Assembly: GCA_030390025.1 (NCBI GenBank)
Contig: CM059425.1
Location: 165,294,001-165,358,000 of the forward strand
Direction: 5' to 3'
Source: Squalus acanthias
Taxonomy: Eukaryota
DNA: 64,000 nt
The notes under the pieces were generated by a model, which saw nothing but the letters and a program-made list of their open reading frames with translations, had not been told where the DNA came from and ran no database searches. The position numbers and the translations under genes were made by a program. Below are positions 47,961 through 61,375 of this stretch, piece by piece; the first letter of the stretch is position 1; every line of letters starts with the position of its first letter.

Positions 47961-48749
47961 ACACCCCCAGGCAGTAGAGCCTGTCGCTGAAGAAAGTGCT
48001 CGACAGTCTCAGGCTGCCTCACTTTCAAATCACTCCAAGGGCCTTATCTTACCAGCGGGTGGAGCAACGGTGGTTGGAACAGCGACTTCTCGCTGCGGCT
48101 TTTGATCTACCGGCAGTGACAGCTAGGGAATTAATTAATTTTCAATCATATAACTTACTGGTCTTTAAAAATCATTTAAAATTAATAGGAAACTATCAAA
48201 CTTGTTTCACTAAAACGATGCTTGATTCTCAGTTTAATGTTTGGACAAATGACGCTTTGCTGATAAATCTAAAAGTTGCAATAACAGTGATTCCCAGGGG
48301 GGGGGGAAGATCCATCCACAGGCACCAGTGGCGGTCTTGTCTTCATGTGGAAGTCTAGGCGCCAGCAACAGCTGTTTCAATATGGCCACAGGAAATATTT
48401 AAATTATTGGAAATACACACCTCAATGCTCTGCCCGTTGAATAGCCTCTGGTCTCACTCATCTGTCTCGGCACCTCCGCATCAGCTCATTGCTAATTTCA
48501 CCCAACCTACATCAACTTTATCAGACCTCTGACTTTAAATCTAGTTTTTCCCATGTGTTGTCTCCTCTCTACTCCCCGCGCATTTCAAAGCACAGCTTTC
48601 TTGAACTAGCATGTAACCACGTCTATGCAGCTTAGTTTCTCCGTGTCCATTGGCATGCACGTTTTGGTTGCTGCTCCGGACCCAAGCCCATCACTTCTAT
48701 TTCCCCTTTTCTCTCCTTTTTTCCTCTTTTCTCTTTAGCCCTCCCGCCA

Positions 48750-50188
48750 TCATGCCTCCTTTCTTTTCTCCACCCTTGGGTACTCTACCTTCATAAACCC
48801 CAATTCTTCCTACTCTCCTGCTGCCGTCCCAGGCTTGACTCCCTCTTAAATAATCCTACAGCTTCCCTCTGTGCCTCTCTTGGCATCCTTCAAAAGGCCC
48901 ACTGAGTCACTTGTTGCTGCCTCCTAGCGATCAGCAACCCCAATTGCCCCATCCTAGTCTCTCCCCATCCTTCCCGCCCTGCCCACCTGCTGGGGGCTAA
49001 TCTTGCCAACCTTCTTCCCATTCCTCTCATTGGTAACGGTCGCATAGTGGTTATGTTGCTGGACTAGTAATCTAGAGGCCTGGATGAATGATCCAGAAAC
49101 GTGAGTTCAAATCCTACCAGCCGTGGAATTTAAATTCAGTTAATTAAATTAATCTGAAATAAAAAGCTAGTGTTAGTAATGGTGACCATGAAACTACTGG
49201 ATGGTTCACTAATGTCCTTTAGGGAAGGAAATCTGTCGTCGTTACCTGGTCTGGCCTATATGTGACCCACAGCAATGTGATTGATTCTTAACTGCCCTCG
49301 GAAATGGCCTAACAGGCCACTCAGTTGTACCAAACCGCTACAAAGAAGGCGGCTCACCACCACCTATCTGATGGACAATAAATGCTGGCTTTGCTGGCGA
49401 TGCCCACGTGATGAACGACTAAATTTAAAAATTCCAGCTCTGACCCTGTGGACTCGGCTATCATCGCAACTCCCTCCAGAATGTACGTTCACTTGTGAAT
49501 AAGGCCCTTGCCATCCATGAGCTTATTATGGATGATCACATTGACATCATGGCCTTGACGGAGACATGGCTGAGGGGTGATGACACCTTTCTTCTTAATG
49601 AAGCTTCCTCGTCTGGCTACACTTGCCCCACTCAAACCGCCACAATGGTGGTGTAGTCCTTATCTCTAAATCACACCTTAGTCTGTCTCCCTACTCCTCT
49701 GGCAACTTCTCCTCCCTCACACCTCTCATTTAAAATCCTTGTTCTGTACCGGCCACCCAAGTAACACGCCAAGTTTCTCACTGAGATCTCTTCTCTGCTT
49801 TCCTCCCTCAGCCTCTGCACCGAGCAACTTCTCATCCTCTGTGATTTCAACCTCCATCTCAACTTTTCTTGCTCTCTCTCCTCTGAGTCCACTGCCCTCT
49901 TTTCCTCCTTAAATCTCTGCCTCCATATAAACTCTCCTACTCATATACATGGCCACCCCCTCGATCTTGGCATCTCACATAGCCTCGCTACTCCCATCAT
50001 AACTATCACTGATAAGGCAATCTCTGATCATTTCCTTGCATCGCTCTCTACCCATAATCCCCTTACCCCTCCCAACCCCACTTCTTTCTGTGTCCACCCC
50101 TGGAAAAAACATTCCCTCAAGTCACTGACCACAGCAGTTACAAATTTTCAACTATCTAGCCTTCAGCCTACAATTCATCATGATATTA
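48750..50188 (+). mobile_element. Decayed L2 LINE (5' region and endonuclease), interrupted by a SINE
   Basis: QNVRSLVNKA...ALTETWL...LYRPPK...DFNLH...GHPLDL...ISDHF; left boundary approximate. Confidence 0.72.
49032..49431 (+). mobile_element. tRNA-derived SINE whose 3' tail matches the second LINE family
   Basis: A/B boxes (CATAGTGG, GTTCAAATCC); tail AAGAAGGCGGCTCACCACCACC...CAATAAATGCTGG...CGATGCCCAC matches 28233-28310. Confidence 0.8.
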
Positions 50189-50937
50189 CTGTGCAAGGTG
50201 TGAGATGTGGGTATGAATGTTGGTAGGTAAAATTGTTGGTGGGTGAGTGCTGGGGTTATGGTGATTTGGGCAGTGTCTGAAGACTATAGTTCAGATGGTG
50301 GAATGTAGCATTTGTTGAAGCATTGACTCACCCTGACCACCCGAGTGAGGTTGTTAAATTTCTTCCTGCACGGTGTGTGAGTCCCGGGGACTACAGTGTT
50401 GCCCAAGACGTGCTGGGCTACCTCCCTCCACATGGTGTGGAAGACTTGCGGCGAGGGCCTCCTGCCACTTGTTGGGTAGAGCACCGCCTTCTGTCTCTCC
50501 ACCGTGAACACCAACGCCTCCAATGCTTGATCGCAGAATCTGCAGGCTCTCTCCCTGGGCATGGATCTGCCATCAGTACAGCTACTTGAGTTGTCTTGCT
50601 CCTTCTACTGACCTGCTGCTGCTGCTGCTTGCTGAGGTGGCTGCACAGCCAGCAATGCTGAGAATGAGGTTCTGCAGCATCAATGAACCTCCCCTTTAAG
50701 AACTGGAAAGAGCCTATGGGAATGCTGACTTGCGATTAGACTGCATCTGATATTGGTCCACGCTTTGAGTGTAATGCCAATGAGCTTGGGCCTTAAGGCT
50801 TGAATTAGCACCCCAATCATTTCTTTGTGCAGTGAGACTTAATTTTGTGTGCAATCTAAAGCATTAGCGCCTGGCGCTAATACTCAAACTTTTCTAAAGA
50901 TACCGCCCATTCCTGAGCTATAATAAATTTCTAGCCC
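50189..50937. mobile_element. Right-end fragment of an A1-family Harbinger with Myb exon 1 (-)
   Basis: Collinear with ~10575-11317; PRERACRFCDQALEALV...CRKKFNNLTRVVR|gtgagt; terminus AAATTTCTAGCCC followed by TAT. Confidence 0.9.
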
Positions 50938-51695
50938 TATAATTTAAGCACGTTAAAAATGTTTTTTGCGCTCATTTATTTTTAATTCAATTACTTCAGC
51001 TGCTGTAATGTTCACTCTGATGATGGCCATGAAGTTGCCTTTTTAAGGCTGTCGTCAATCTTCTTTCAGCATGAGGTAATTGAGCTTGCTTCCTCTGTGG
51101 ATTCTTTACTTAGCCTTTCTCCTTTACCTTTTTTAAAAATCTTATTTGTTATTCTAACCTCCAAGACCACTTTTCTAAAACAGTCATTGGTAGCTCAAGA
51201 AAAGCTCATTTGGGCTGTCAGAAGTTCATGTACAACCCATTCTCAAACCATTTTATCTCTGTCCTAGCGTGGCACCAAACGCATACCTCATCCTTCACAA
51301 TATGACCTGGGGATCCCTCTTTCTCCTCCAAGATGCCCTTGGACCAAAAGAAAGTGTCACATTTGTCTAGCATTATTGCTGCTAACAGGTTTGATCTCAA
51401 ATTTATCAATTTTTTTCACACGAGAGCTAGCTAAACTGAGAGCAGTTCTTCTTATGAGTAACCTTGAAACTACAGAGGATCCTTTTTCATGATTAATTTG
51501 GTAGATGATCCTTAATCATGTCATGTTTCCTCATTCATTTTATTCCTCCTAATACAATGAAGGATGCCTCGCTAAAGCGTGAGATGGCCTTTTCACACTT
51601 TAGGGCCTTTTTTGTCTTTCAAGTGAAAGGATTATTGGCTAGTTTATAGTGCTTTGTTTTAGCTAAATCATGCCAAATAAAATCTATAAAATGGT

Positions 51696-51814
51696 TTACA
51701 TACATATTCTAAACATTGCTTACATACATATTCTAAACATTGCTTACATACATGTTCTAAACATTGCTTACATACATGTTCTAAACATTGCTTACATACA
51801 TGTTCTAAACATTG
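51696..51814. repeat. 24-bp tandem repeat x5
   Basis: TTACATACAT(A/G)TTCTAAACATTGC starting at 51696, 51720, 51744, 51768 and 51792. Confidence 0.95.
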
Positions 51815-53721
51815 ACTTTAAAAAGCCATTTTTTAAAGTCTCTTAAGATTTTACCTTCCCTAACTGTTACTGATTTGAAAATCATTCCCAAGTATTTGTG
51901 TGGGAATAACAAGTAATTATAAAAAGAAAAGATTCTGTCTTATTTCTTCAAAGGAGATTGTTCCCAGAAAGGTAAATAAAGAACAAGGGGACTCTGTAGT
52001 TAGGTAGCAAAGCTTTCTGACATTCATGTGAATGTTTTACTTGCATGCACCTGGGCCTTGTGTGTCTATATATGTCCAGCCCATCCTTGCAAGGCACAAA
52101 ATCAAAATTAATAATGTAAGCAATCTATCTGCGCTCCTACCTGTTCTACAACATTAGGTAATTCAAATCTTCTTGAGGCTGTCTTCAGGCATATAGCAAA
52201 CCATTACACACATTAGAAATGGCAAGCAAAGGATACTTTAATGAAGAATTGACCATACTTCTGTTTCTAGCACTTAGTTCTTGCAGCTTTTAGAAAATGT
52301 GAAACAGAAATAATGTTGGAAATCTTAAGAAAGATGCTTAGCACAGCCTGTGTTATTTTTCCCTGAGCCTATCCTTCCTCCTGTTCACTGTATCCCTAGC
52401 CTCAGGAGACAATAAAAACAGCAGGCTCATCAGCAGGACAGCTTGAGCTGAAACAAATGGCAGTGTGATTTGTCACTGATTTGCTTTTGAGTTATATGGG
52501 CCTCCTTTCACAGACAGCTGCGCAACTGAAATTCATTATGATGTGATTGGTGCATTCTTCTTTTTGGCAGCTCAAAAAACCTCTTTTGAGTCTTTCTGCC
52601 AGGGGCTCTTACTTAATTTTTAAAAGACTTTGTCCCCGAAATTCCATGGTTAGCTGTGAATAATTTATAAACTTAATTTATTAGCTGCTTTCACATGTAG
52701 ATGGCTTTCTTCCAACCATTTCCTCTGAATCCAATTTACGTTGATTATTCTCATTTTCTTTTTTAATATAATATCCTGAAAGATGTTTACTTACAGGAAT
52801 ATAATCTGCTAATGACTTCCTAAAATATAAACACAGTCCATGTTTTAAGATTTTGTCTTGTATCTATATGCATGCAAAAGGAACAATCTCCACGTGCTTT
52901 CTCAGGCAGTATAAATCATGTTGGTCCTTGTAGAAAGATAAATGTGTTGGAAAAGCTCCGAATTAAAGCGATAAAATTTATTTTTCAGTCCTACAAAAGT
53001 TGTATATTAAAATTGTAAGAAAATCTACTATCATTTTCCTGGACCTCTGTGTTTTCTACAGGATTCACTAGTTTCAATAAAATATAATTATGAAAAGTAA
53101 TAATATCATTATTTTGACTGAATTATAGATAATGAATTTACATCATGTAAAAGCATTTTTAAACAAACTGGGATTTTTATTAAGTATATATAAAGGTTGT
53201 TTTATAACAATGATGGTTGTATTTGATTTTAAATTCAAATTGTTTTTGTAGACAGTAGATAGTCTTTATAATGCTGTCTTTCGGAGGGTTGGATTGTAAA
53301 GGAGGTGCACTGTTTGTTCACGATGCTGTTGAAAATGGAGGAACCAATGAATTTTGTAGTGTGACATAAAAACTATTTCCATTGTATTCAGTTTTTCTCT
53401 GGTTCTAGGGAAAGAATTCCAAACCAGCCGCAAGGGGAAAAGATGAAAACCTTACAAACTGTGTAAATGTGACCTTCTAAATGGTATGGGGAAGTATTGA
53501 AGAAAAACAAAGTAGCATTTATAGACAATCTAAATTTATTATGCTTTTAAAGTATAAATAAGAAACATTTACACTGGTGCATGAAAATTTTATTTGGAAT
53601 TTTTTAGTATTGCCATGGTAATCCCGAATTCTGATGGACTATACATAACTCAATACGTGTAAACAACAAAGATTGAGTGGAGCTGCTCCAGTTATACTAC
53701 AAGTCTGTAGAAGAGCAGCTG

Positions 53722-54240
53722 CTTTTTTTCATTTGTTCTTGGGATGTGGGCATCGCTGGCAAGGTCAACATTTATTGTCCATCCCTAATTGCCCTTGAGA
53801 AGGTGGTGGTGAGCTGCCTTCTTGAACCGCTGCAGTCTGTGTGGTGAAGGTACTCCCACAATGCTGTTAGGGAGTTCCAGGATTTTGACCCAGTGACAAT
53901 GAAGGGACGGCGATATATCTAAGTCAGGATGGTGTGTGACTTGGAGGGGAACTTGCAGGTGATGGTGTTCCCATGCGCCTGCTGCCCTTGTCCTTCTAGG
54001 TCGTGGGTTTGGGAGGTGCTGCCGAAGAAGCCTTGGCGAGTTGCTGCAGTGCAGCTTGTAGATGGTACACACTGCAGACACGGTACGCCGGTGGTGGAGT
54101 GAGTGAATGTTTAAGGTGGTGAATGGGATACCAATCAAGCGGGCTGCTTTGTCCTGGATGGTGTCGAGCTTCTTGTGTGTTGTTGGAGCTGCACTCATCC
54201 AGGCAAGTGGAGAGTATTCCATCACACTCCTGACTTTTGC
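53722..54240 (-). mobile_element. 3' end of the second LINE family
   Basis: MEYSPLAWMSAAPTT...KKAAHHHLLKGN plus 3' UTR, as at 43397-43930. Confidence 0.9.
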
Positions 54241-54885
54241 TTAGCGGTCAACTTCTTACTTAGAGTTATGGTTTTATTGTTAATGCATGGGCAAACAACT
54301 TTTTTAGTTTTAAAACAAAATTATGCAATGACACGTAGAACGATATTCATGTTGTATGTAGTAGTGGAGACTGCAAGGGGCAGAATTAGGGACAGGACAG
54401 TTGAAACAAAGGGGAGGATTCAAAAAGAATTCAGTCACCAGGTTACTATTAGTTTCTTGTATGTTAGGTCCCCTATCAAGGTGTACTCAGGCAACTGTAA
54501 CGCGAACAGATGAATCGTGAAAGCTTATGAGAGTACAGAAGTATAGAATATAAGGTGGATTTTCCTTCAGGGTGGATTTCCACTTGAGGTGGGTGAGAGA
54601 GAACCTTCCATCCTGCCATCAATACAGACCCATTTTTCTGAGTCGGGGCTCATTAAAGATGTAGGGCAGGCTCCCAGCAGAATTCCTGCCGCATAGAAAA
54701 TCCAGCCCAAATATGAAGTTGCTGATTGTGACAAGCAGGGTTGAATTTCCTTGAGGATTCCTACTCCTTCACCATTTCTTTCATCCATCTACACCACTTG
54801 TTTGTCTCTGTATATAAGCCAACGGAGTGACTGCTGCCAACGACCGGAAGCTGCGCTGGAGCGTTCGGGGCATAAATCTGTGGTG

Positions 54886-55047
54886 GTTTAAGATGAATGT
54901 ATAATAATAGTCATATCGCTTGCCTGAATCTATGGAATCTATGGAGCTATGGGCTGGTTTAATAATGTATAATAATAGTCATACTGCATGCCTGAATCTA
55001 TGGAATTTATGGAGCTGTGGGCTGGTTTAATAATGTATAATAATAGC
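54886..55047. repeat. Short tandem duplication (~2.3 copies)
   Basis: AATGTATAATAATAG occurs three times and TGCCTGAATCTATGGAAT...GGGCTGGTTT twice. Confidence 0.8.
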
Positions 55048-55149
55048 GCGATTTGGTTTAAGTATTCACGTATGAAATTTACACGAGGGGGAGGGTTGTG
55101 GAGATTTATTTGTACGGTGCATAAGCTCCATGTGAAGGGAAAGGAGAAG

Positions 55150-55400
55150 AAAATTAATAAAAATGGACGTTTACTGTGTTTTGCTGGCGTAGATTTTCTT
55201 TTCCTGCTGCGGTTCTGTTCGGCAGTAGCAATCTCTTTTCACCACCCCCTCCACTACTTTCTTTCTGGAAGTGTTTTCTTTGTAATGGCGACAATATTTT
55301 CTTTTCAGTTAGCGAACAACCGAAAAAAACACTGAAACTGCGCATGCGCAACTACTTCAACTTTGTTGGCAGCAGTCGCGTCCATAAGCCAAATTGTTGA
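55150..55400. promoter_or_regulatory. Possible housekeeping-type promoter
   Basis: Perfect NRF1 palindrome TGCGCATGCGCA (55339-55350), YY1-like AATGGCG (55284), ETS-like GGAAGTG (~55267), locally retained CpG in non-repetitive DNA. Confidence 0.35.
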
Positions 55401-55602
55401 ACACATGTTACTGAGTGAGTCTGCAATCTTTATAGAGTAGAGGTGGGCAGGCAATATCACAGTCCATCTTTCTTGACATAGTTATTGATTTGGTCTTGGG
55501 ACTGAAGATACCACATCACTTGTCCACTCACTGTTCAATTCTGTCTATATCTACGTGGAGTGACCCAGCCTGCATCCATATCACCTCGGGCACCCTTTAG
55601 GT

Positions 55603-56450
55603 TAGGGTGACCATATTTTCTAAACCGAATCCGGGGACACGCAGGGTGGGAGCAAAGCAAAGTAGCCAGACAGAAAATGTAGCTTGCGCAGCATAGCGAG
55701 GCAACATTTTTTAGCAGCCTATATTTTAGCAGTTCCACATATACACACGCGGATGTGACGTCACACTATTGAAGCGCATTCAGAAACAGTTTATAAATAC
55801 AATAACACTGTTCAGGAAGGTCCGTTTTTCGGACCCACTGTCTACACCGCAGGCTCTTGCTGACACCGGTCCTTTTGTCTCTGCTGCGCTCGAGCGTCGC
55901 CGACTTTTTTTTCCAAAAATAAAAACATCATTTTAACGGAATCATTGGGCGTAACCGTCACCGACCGACCAATCGGTTTCCGAATTGCGACCATTTCGAA
56001 TTGGGGGGGGGCGGATGAGATGACAAAATCAGAAGCCCACTGATCAATCGGCTCGCGACCACCTGCGATTCAAACTGGTACATCCCGTAGCGAAGGAAGA
56101 GGGGCGAAAAAAGTGGGGGCTTGGTTGTCGAGCGAGGCTGGATCAGGACTGCAACCGAACACTCACTGGTGGTGCGTGCCCACCCCTCGGCGCTCGATTA
56201 ATGTGGACGCCAACCAATAGACCAGCCCCTTACACTGCTGAGCCCGTCTCAGGTCTGGCCACCCGCCCAATTGGCGCTCACGGTGGTCGTGATTGACCGG
56301 GGCACCTGGGAAGGGAACATGTAATCAAGTTAGGGCGAATGGTACAGTGTATGTGTGTTGTACGTCATATTACAACACGAGAAATTAAAAGTTAGGGTAT
56401 TCAGGGCCGAGTTTTGTGAACCAGAAAACAGGGGGCGTATGGTTACCCTA
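55603..56450. mobile_element. Non-autonomous hAT element (Blackjack-type termini)
   Basis: TIR TAGGGTGACCATA / TATGGTTACCCTA; 8-bp TSD CTTTAGGT / CCTTAGGT; CpG-rich interior. Confidence 0.88.
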
Positions 56451-57663
56451 CCTTAGGTGGATCTAATTTGCACTGACACCAATTCAGCATGCATAAATTG
56501 GCTATGATGTACTGCAAAACAATAGATGGATTTCAGACATTTTATGCATGTAATCCTACCTCTGTAATGCAATACAAGCATTGTCGGAACAATAGTCCTG
56601 GATTGTGGAAAAGTATTATAGTGAGAAGCTTTTTGGAAAACAGAGTGAATATTTTAGATACCCTCACTTTTGCAAATCCTAACAAAACCCTTTGGTCTGT
56701 TAGTTGCTGGTATCAAATTCTGACGATTAGGCATCACTTTGAGGTGGTTACATCAGTGAATTTGGCTAGATCTGTTAGCTTACACACAAACAGATGTTTG
56801 AAAAGTATTGTGTTCCTAGAAACGGATTTCACAGCCAGCTGTTCAGTACCTTTAATTATAAACTTACAGAAATGAACTATTTCCTGCAGATTGGGCTATA
56901 GTTGGATTAGACCCAATTAAGAAGATTTTTTTCAAGAGCATCATAGGAAAAATCCATTGCATTTCAGTCACAGATCCTAGAGTGAGTAGATGTGTTCATG
57001 CACAACAAACTAAATCTATGAAAAGTACAGACCATCCAAGTCTCACAAATTGGGAATGAGACTCGTGAATTTTGGTTTAAAAGATATGACTTATTTTGAT
57101 GTATCTAATTCTGAAAAATAAACATAGCTTCATATGTTTAAATGGGTTTGCAACCTATCTCACTCTTGATCATAAATCTCACTCCTAATGTTTATCCAAC
57201 ATTGACAGCTCTGAAAGTAGGGAACCCATTGGTATTTAATAATAGCTGGACTAGAGAGAAAAATCTGCAGAAATTTGTCAAAATATTAAATGAAAAATGT
57301 TTGCTAGTCAAGCTGCAGCTAAATGCCCTAGGTCTACTCTATCCTTGGCATTTTCATCTGAATGAGACAAGTCTATCAATGAACAGTAGTTAAGACAGCT
57401 GAACCTTACATTTATAACAGTACGCTGGAGATTTGTCTAAATTATCAACTAAAACTTCCAACCCAATTGAACATTATTCATATGAAATCAAAAAATATTA
57501 GTAAATGATCTATCTTTAACATAAATTGCATGCCTGACAGGAGGGCTCTGTAAAAATGGAGTTTGGTCCAATTGATAGGTCAGTATGTGACGAGGGGTTG
57601 ACCTGGCCTTATAGAAAAATTTATATGATTTGTGATCGTAGACCTTTAGCCCCTATTTACAAG

Positions 57664-57905
57664 ATCATAGAATCATAGAATGGTTACAGCATGGAAGAAG
57701 GCTATTTGGCCCATCGAGCCCGTGCCGACTCTCAGCTAGTCCCACTCCCCTGCCCTTTCCCCATAGCCCTGCAAATTGTTTTTCCTTCAGATACTTATCC
57801 AGCTCCCTTTTGAAAGATAAGATTGAGTCTGCCTCCACCACCCTCTCAGGCAGTGCATTGCAGATCGTAACCACTCGCTGCATTAAAAAGTTTTTTCTTA
57901 CGTTG
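57664..57905 (-). mobile_element. CR1 3' end
   Basis: RKNFLMQRVVTICNALPERVVEA...ELDKYL and an ATTCTATG tail. Confidence 0.85.
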
Positions 57906-58837
57906 CCATACAGTGGGAGCTTTGACATAAATGTTTGTATGAAGATGGACTCCCCCTTGCTTAATGTGTAAATGCTACCTGGTCTGATATTGACCAGTAA
58001 GGTTGTTCAATTCCTAGTCTGTGCTGAAATAAATGATCTCAGACAGGTTATCAGCAGGGGTGCTGCAACTGAGCTCAGCGCCTAAGTTTCCCACTCTTGA
58101 TTGCTGTCCAGGGATCCCTGCTGGAAAGTGTGCATGGCTGTAGGGCTTGACTGTGATGTGCTCCACAGTCAAATAGCAACACAGTTGAGACTCCAGGATG
58201 AAGAATGAGTACTTGGGCTGTTAATACATTAATATGCATCAGCGCTTTAAAGAGAGAAGAGAAAATTTGAATTAAAAATGCAATGTAAATGTTCATGTGC
58301 TGAAACAGCACTGAACAAGAAATTGTTTGAAGCATTTAAAATTTTTAGATTTGAAGCTTAACTTAGGTTTACCTGTTACATTGCAAACACTGAAAAATGC
58401 AAACTTGGTACTTCAGTTTTGTGTTGGAGGGGTCCAGGTGGCCTATTGTTTGACTTAATTCTCTCAAGAGACCATTTGATTCAGTTCCAGGCACAACACT
58501 TCAAACTAACCTCTGCTAGCGTTACAGCACTAAGAATTATCATTAACTTGATTTGTCACAGCTCCAGGTGACTGACTTCTCATTGTTTCTCCACATGTAT
58601 TGATTAAAAAAGATACTGAAACAGAATTGATTCCCATTTGATTATAGCCAGCATCCCCGCAGGCAACATGACTGTAGTACCAACTTAGAACAGCCTGTAC
58701 TGTAGCTTGGAGGGCAGGGAGGGAAGCATATTAGTATATAGATGGCAACAGAAAAACAAGGTATAGTCATTCCTATTCTATCTAAAATGTGCTTGGATCA
58801 TTTTCAAAGTACAAACCTATTAAAACTAAAAAGTAAG

Positions 58838-58989
58838 CCGGGAATTTTCTCTGGGGATCTCCCAATCGGCTGCCGTAACTTCAGCAGAGGATCGGTGGAA
58901 ACCTCGGATGGACATGTAAATAGGGTTTCCGCTGATCTTCTGCTGAAGTTGCAGCAGCCCATCGGGAGAACCGTCAAGGAAATTCCTGT
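58838..58989. mobile_element. Fold-back MITE (~150 bp)
   Basis: Long imperfect inverted arms (AACTTCAGCAGAGGATCGGTGGAAACC / GGTTTCCGCTGATCTTCTGCTGAAGTT) with GGAATT / AATTCC ends. Confidence 0.65.
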
Positions 58990-61375
58990 TGCTGCCATTT
59001 AAACCTTTCAATATCACAGTTATTGCAATGGTAATAATGGACTCAAATTATTTTGCCTTCTTTGATTGGCCAAAACAAATTTTATTAAAGGAATATTCTT
59101 GCTGGCAAACAAAAAAAATCCTAACAACACTGGTGCTTTAAAATGATAAGTTGCAGGGCTGTTTACCTTTGTACTTGGTGATGTACAGCAGTGTCTCACT
59201 CTATTGCTTTCTTTGAGAGTTATAAAAAAGGTATGTTATAGCCTAAGAGCTTATTAGAGAGGGTGTTTTATATTATTTCTATATTAATGACAGCACTATA
59301 AACAATGTTTGTTTTATTCGAGGCCATGATATATCAGAGTCTTGTACAGAGGGACTACCATGCTATAAACAGCTTACTGGAAATACAACAGCAATAAAAC
59401 TGTTGACATTCGTGAATTGTATGAGACAATAATGTCTGTGTGAGTATCGTTAAATTTGAGGTAAAGCCAATTCAGTTCTCAGAGCCCCTGAATATCACTC
59501 AAAGTGAAGGCTAGCTGCAGCCTATGATTGTACTATATTCAAAAGATGGAAAGTGTAAGTCATAAACACTTTTCCCTATTTATTTCTTTAGCAGGCTAAA
59601 GTTTATTTTTAAAATAATTTTTTTAAATGGGAGAGGTGAGGCGGGGGCACTGTCACTAATATCATTGTGTGCATGAGGTATTGGGGCATAAACGACCATG
59701 TGTGTATTTTCAGTTAATAGTTAGAAGCTGAGATGACAGTTCTCACTTCTGAAATAACAGTCAGAATAAAGCCTCCTAGCTGTGATTTCTTTACTGTTCC
59801 TTAGCTGCTTAGGGCTAGGAATGTTTCCACATCAAATCTCAGATTGGGGTTATTTGCACAGTGGGAATATCCAAAGAATTTCTACGGAGGTAATGACATG
59901 TAAATATGTATTAGAGGTGAGACTTGTTTTCTCTTCTAACATTTCTTTCTGGTAATTTTTTCCCTCCTCTTCTTGGAGCCTGGGCCTTAAGTAATCACCT
60001 GGGTGTAACAAATGGAGGAAAGTTAAACAGGGAGGATTATATACCCATAACAGAGCTCAGCTGATTTTCATCCATTTAACTTACAGAAAGATAGGAATTG
60101 CTGGACAAAAAAACCCCAAGGTCCATCTAATTCGTCTTCTATCATCTTGGTAGTCACATGGTACAACAATAATAGTTCCAATATGTCCCTCTGGCACTTG
60201 ACCAAGAGGCCATTCTTCGTGTGTGAGCTGTGACAGTGAGTGTTAGCAACCTATTTAAACAGGAGAGGAATCATTGCCAAGCCCAATCCTTTCTTCACAG
60301 ACCACACATATGGGACTGATAGGGAATGGATGTTCTTACTTATAAATTTATAAGTTATTCCACAAGATAATAGGGTTCAAAGGCATTTATTGGCTTTCAT
60401 AGGAATTAAGCATACAGTGATAACCATCATTACCAACAATTACACATACAATGAGAGACATTTATGGTACCATGTACAGGATAATTCACTGCACCACAGG
60501 TTTGAAGTACGAGGGGCTCGGCTGGCCAAGCCTTGTCGAGTTCTGAAGTATCTATTCTAACATCCCTCTTTTTATACCTTTCTTTCAATCTAGCTACATG
60601 AGGACCCGCATGTTTCAAAGTATTACCTCATCCAATTAGCTGGACTTCAGTTTTAACGAGAATAACTCCCAAAAACTTGACTCACTCCCTAATTTTCTAG
60701 ATCCATGGCAGGTACCTTTTCAAAGCTAGAGTTAACAGAGACAGTTCTGTGGCCTCTCCTTAGCAGCTAAAGCACTGTCTGACTGGAATCCCTTTTGCTG
60801 ACTGAACATTGCTAACAGGAACTCACTTAAAAACTAAAGTTAATGTAAAGGTTTTAATTGTTTCCTTACAGGGACCCTAGTAAGAGTCACTGGACAATGA
60901 TTAGCAATTGGAATCAGTGTTGCATTTATCCCTTATGAGGAGGGCTGCGGCTAATTGTAAAGCTCCTACTACCATTCGGCTGAGTAAAATTAATTCAGCA
61001 CAGACCAGGATCAAACAGGAACCTTTCCAGTCCATGTGGCTTAGCTACTCTGTGTGGAAGGTAAGTAAAATAAGAGGGGCAATACAGAGAGAGTTAGTAC
61101 GCTGTCCATTCAACTCTGAGATTCAGCGCCTGTGTCATTGGCACATGAGAGCAGAAAATATACCCTTACTCAGAGAGATGATGACGATGATTGATGTGGA
61201 AATTGCCAATGTACATTGTTGGGGTAATGTAAAGGGATCTATCCTACCTTATCTAACCTGAGTATTGATGCTGATATTGGAGAGCGAAATAGAAAACTAT
61301 TTCATTCTTGAACATCAGCATCTCTCATCTTGATGAAAACAAAAACTCAACAACAATTTTAGTAAAAGAAACAAA

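Noticed and set aside
45860..49120. tRNA genes at Pol III A/B box motifs (~45830-45910 and ~49035-49115)
   Set aside because: They are SINE heads that run into SINE bodies; I could not fold a cloverleaf.
60430..60618. 62-aa minus-strand ORF as a possible exon
   Set aside because: No recognisable domain, an in-frame stop just upstream, and no convincing splice sites.
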